Below are positions 61,903 to 64,000 of a stretch of DNA of 64,000 nucleotides, one piece after another (positions within the stretch are counted from its first letter, which is position 1; every line of letters starts with the position of its first letter). The position numbers and the translations under genes are program-made. The notes beneath the pieces were generated by a model, which saw only the letters and a list, made by a program, of their open reading frames with translations, ran no database searches and had not been told where the DNA came from. The DNA is from an uncultured archaeon (GTDB taxonomy: Archaea; Aenigmatarchaeota; Aenigmatarchaeia; CAZXUR01). Location of the stretch: assembly GCA_964644245.1 (NCBI GenBank), contig CAZXUR010000003.1:16585-80584 (forward strand), read 5' to 3'.

Positions 61903-64000
61903 TTCGCTTCTTGGGCTTTCCGAACTTGATTTCCTTGGCCTTTGTAGTGCCTTTGATATCTTCAAGCACCTTCTTCAGCAACTTCTTGTTTTTGGACGAG
62001 GCCTCTATGGTCAGGAGAGGGAATTCCTGGTTGAGTGAAACGCCCTCCTTGTTCTTGTGTTGCCTTACGGCTGCGACTATGTCTACAGCCATGTCCCCGG
62101 CCTTCTCTGCGGTCTTGCTCTTTCTGTAAGCCTCGGGCCAGTCTGAGATGTGTATGGATTTGTCATTCTCATGTTTCTTGTAATATTCTTGGTAGATTCC
62201 TTCGGTTATGTGCGGGACTATAGGCGCGAACAGCTTCAAGACGTCCAGGAGCGCGTGATAAAGGGTCCACTGAGCCGCTGATTTCTTCTTGTCCTCGTAC
62301 ATCCGGTACTTGATGAATTCCAGGTAGTTGTCGCAAAAGTCCTGCCAGAAGAATTGTTCTGAGGCGTCCTTGGATTTAGAGTAACTGTATGATTTGAAAT
62401 TTTCGGTCGAATATTTGATGACTTTAGACAATTTCGTGAGCAGCCACTTGTCCATGGTAGTCAGTTTTACCTTTCTGGGCTTGTTTTTCTTGAGATGGAT
62501 GGTTGCGAACCTGGAGGCGTTCCACAACTTGGTCAGGAACTTCTGAGCGTTTTTCACATCTTTCTCTCTGTAACAAAGATCGTCTCCGAGTTTCACAGAA
62601 GCAGCCCAGTACCTGATGGCGTCGGCCGAATATTTTTCTATCACGTCCTCTGGGATGACCACATTTCCCCTGGATTTGGACATAGGCTTGCCTTTGGGGT
62701 CTAACCCATGCCCACTCATCATGACGTCTTTCCAAGGAATTTTCTTGAAGTGATGATAGGCTTTGAGAATGGTGTAAAAGGTCCATGTCCTTATTATATC
62801 GTGCGCCTGCGGTCTCATGGTCATGGGGAATAAACGCTTGAATTTCTTATCGTCTTCCAACCACTCGGTCGCGATTTCAGGGCTCATGGAACTGGTCATC
62901 CAGGTGTCCAGCACGTCTTCCTCGGGCTTCATCTCCTTTCCACATTTCTTACACTTCTTTTTTTCCATCCTCGGGTCTATGGGTATTTCCTTCTCATCTG
63001 CAACTTCTATCTCCCCACATTCACAGTACCATACTGGTATGGGTATCCCATAGTAACGCTGTCGTGAAATGCACCAGTCCCAACCCAGATTTTTGACCCA
63101 GTCCTCGTAACGCTTTCTGTAGAAGTCGGGGTGCCAGTTGATTTTACGGCCCTGTTTTATCAGCTGTTTCTTGTAGGGTAAGGCTTTGACGAACCACTGT
63201 TTGGCTACCAAGAATTCCACGGGGGTGTCGCACCTCCAACACACGCCCACTGTCTGTTGAAGTGGTTCCTGTTTTTTGAGCAAACCTTCTTTTTTCAGGT
63301 CTTTGATTATGGACTTCCTGGCTTGTTCGATGCTCTGGCCCTTGTACTTCCCGCACTTGTCGTTCATCTTGCCGTCCTCTGTAAGACAGATGCGAAGGTC
63401 CAACTTGTGCTTCCTCCACCAGTCTATGTCGGTCTTGTCTCCGAAGGTGCATATCATCACTATGCCGGTGCCGAAGTCCTTGTCTACTGCCTTATCCTTC
63501 ATTATCTTGACCTTCTGTCCGAACAAAGGCACCACTGCCTTCTTTCCAACCAAAGCCTTGTGACGCTTGTCCTTGGGATTTACGAATATTCCCACGCATG
63601 CAGGAAGGAACTCTGGCCTGGTGGTGGCGATTTCGATTTTCTTCCCGTCCTCGAGTTCAAACTTTATGTAATTCAGCTTCGTGCTTCGGTCCATGTCCTC
63701 CACCTCTGCCTGTGCCAAAGCAGTCTGATGGTAAGGGCACCATATGTTGGGCTCTTTGGCCCTGTAGACCAGTCCTTTGTTGTAGAGGTCTAGGAAAGAC
63801 ATCTGTGCGATTTTCTGTGAATGCTCGTCTATAGTCCGGTATGACAGAGACCAGTCACACGAAAAGCCCAGGGCGTTAAAGGTTGGTTTCATCTGTTCTT
63901 CTTCCAGTCGTGAGGTTTCCTTCTGGCACAGTTTCAGAAATTTTTTCCTGTTGTTGGGTGACTTCGTTATATTGTATTTCTTTTCCACGTATCTTTCGGT
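61865..64000 (-). CDS. valS: valyl-tRNA synthetase, C-terminal about 710 aa (5' end beyond window)
   Basis: KMSKS motif (GKPMSKSRGNVV), CP1 editing and anticodon-binding regions; zinc knuckle CKKCGKEM; frame open to the window edge. Confidence 0.9.
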   Translation of the reverse strand, partial: TERYVEKKYNITKSPNNRKKFLKLCQKETSRLEEEQMKPTFNALGFSCDWSLSYRTIDEHSQKIAQMSFLDLYNKGLVYRAKEPNIWCPYHQTALAQAEVEDMDRSTKLNYIKFELEDGKKIEIATTRPEFLPACVGIFVNPKDKRHKALVGKKAVVPLFGQKVKIMKDKAVDKDFGTGIVMICTFGDKTDIDWWRKHKLDLRICLTEDGKMNDKCGKYKGQSIEQARKSIIKDLKKEGLLKKQEPLQQTVGVCWRCDTPVEFLVAKQWFVKALPYKKQLIKQGRKINWHPDFYRKRYEDWVKNLGWDWCISRQRYYGIPIPVWYCECGEIEVADEKEIPIDPRMEKKKCKKCGKEMKPEEDVLDTWMTSSMSPEIATEWLEDDKKFKRLFPMTMRPQAHDIIRTWTFYTILKAYHHFKKIPWKDVMMSGHGLDPKGKPMSKSRGNVVIPEDVIEKYSADAIRYWAASVKLGDDLCYREKDVKNAQKFLTKLWNASRFATIHLKKNKPRKVKLTTMDKWLLTKLSKVIKYSTENFKSYSYSKSKDASEQFFWQDFCDNYLEFIKYRMYEDKKKSAAQWTLYHALLDVLKLFAPIVPHITEGIYQEYYKKHENDKSIHISDWPEAYRKSKTAEKAGDMAVDIVAAVRQHKNKEGVSLNQEFPLLTIEASSKNKKLLKKVLEDIKGTTKAKEIKFGKPKKRIKAGPVKIGIEM

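Noticed and set aside
1-64000. Mobile elements, integrases, transposases, rRNA genes
   Set aside because: No integrase, transposase or recombinase motifs, and no 16S/23S/5S-like segments, were seen on either strand. Apart from the 81-bp duplication there are no long repeats.

Overview
This 64 kb window is a gene-dense archaeal chromosomal segment, about 90% coding, dominated by information-processing genes. The lineage cannot be assigned from sequence alone. It carries six aminoacyl-tRNA synthetases (proS, thrS, gltX, aspS, metG and a partial valS), the initiation factors aIF2-gamma and aIF5B, aRF1, TBP, FttA/aCPSF1, proteasome beta and prefoldin beta. It also holds a near-complete conserved cluster rps6e–aIF2g–PIN–rpoE'–spt4–rps24e–rps27ae, plus rpl37ae–rpoP, rpl37e–LSm–rps8e and many tRNA-modification genes (Trm11, CCA, Trm5/Taw2, Taw1, Trm56, Kae1). 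Six tRNA genes were found by manual folding. Four of them carry introns, several at non-canonical positions, and two tRNA-Pro genes sit next to proS. Between the core genes are accessory inserts:
- a 1510-aa heavily N-glycosylatable surface protein with FG-GAP-like repeats and a multi-TM C-terminus, followed by two perfect 81-bp direct repeats;
- two tandem paralogous secreted proteins wedged between rps6e and aIF5B;
- a DUF4130-like protein plus a PD-(D/E)xK (Mrr-type) nuclease cassette;
- an orphan NurA plus an HExxH mini-peptidase;
- a secreted transglutaminase-like protein;
- an NAD-epimerase gene split by an in-frame TAG, lying on the opposite strand inside the spt4–rps24e–rps27ae cluster.
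Several ribosomal proteins carry long Lys/Glu-rich low-complexity tails. No CRISPR array, rRNA or obvious transposase was seen.
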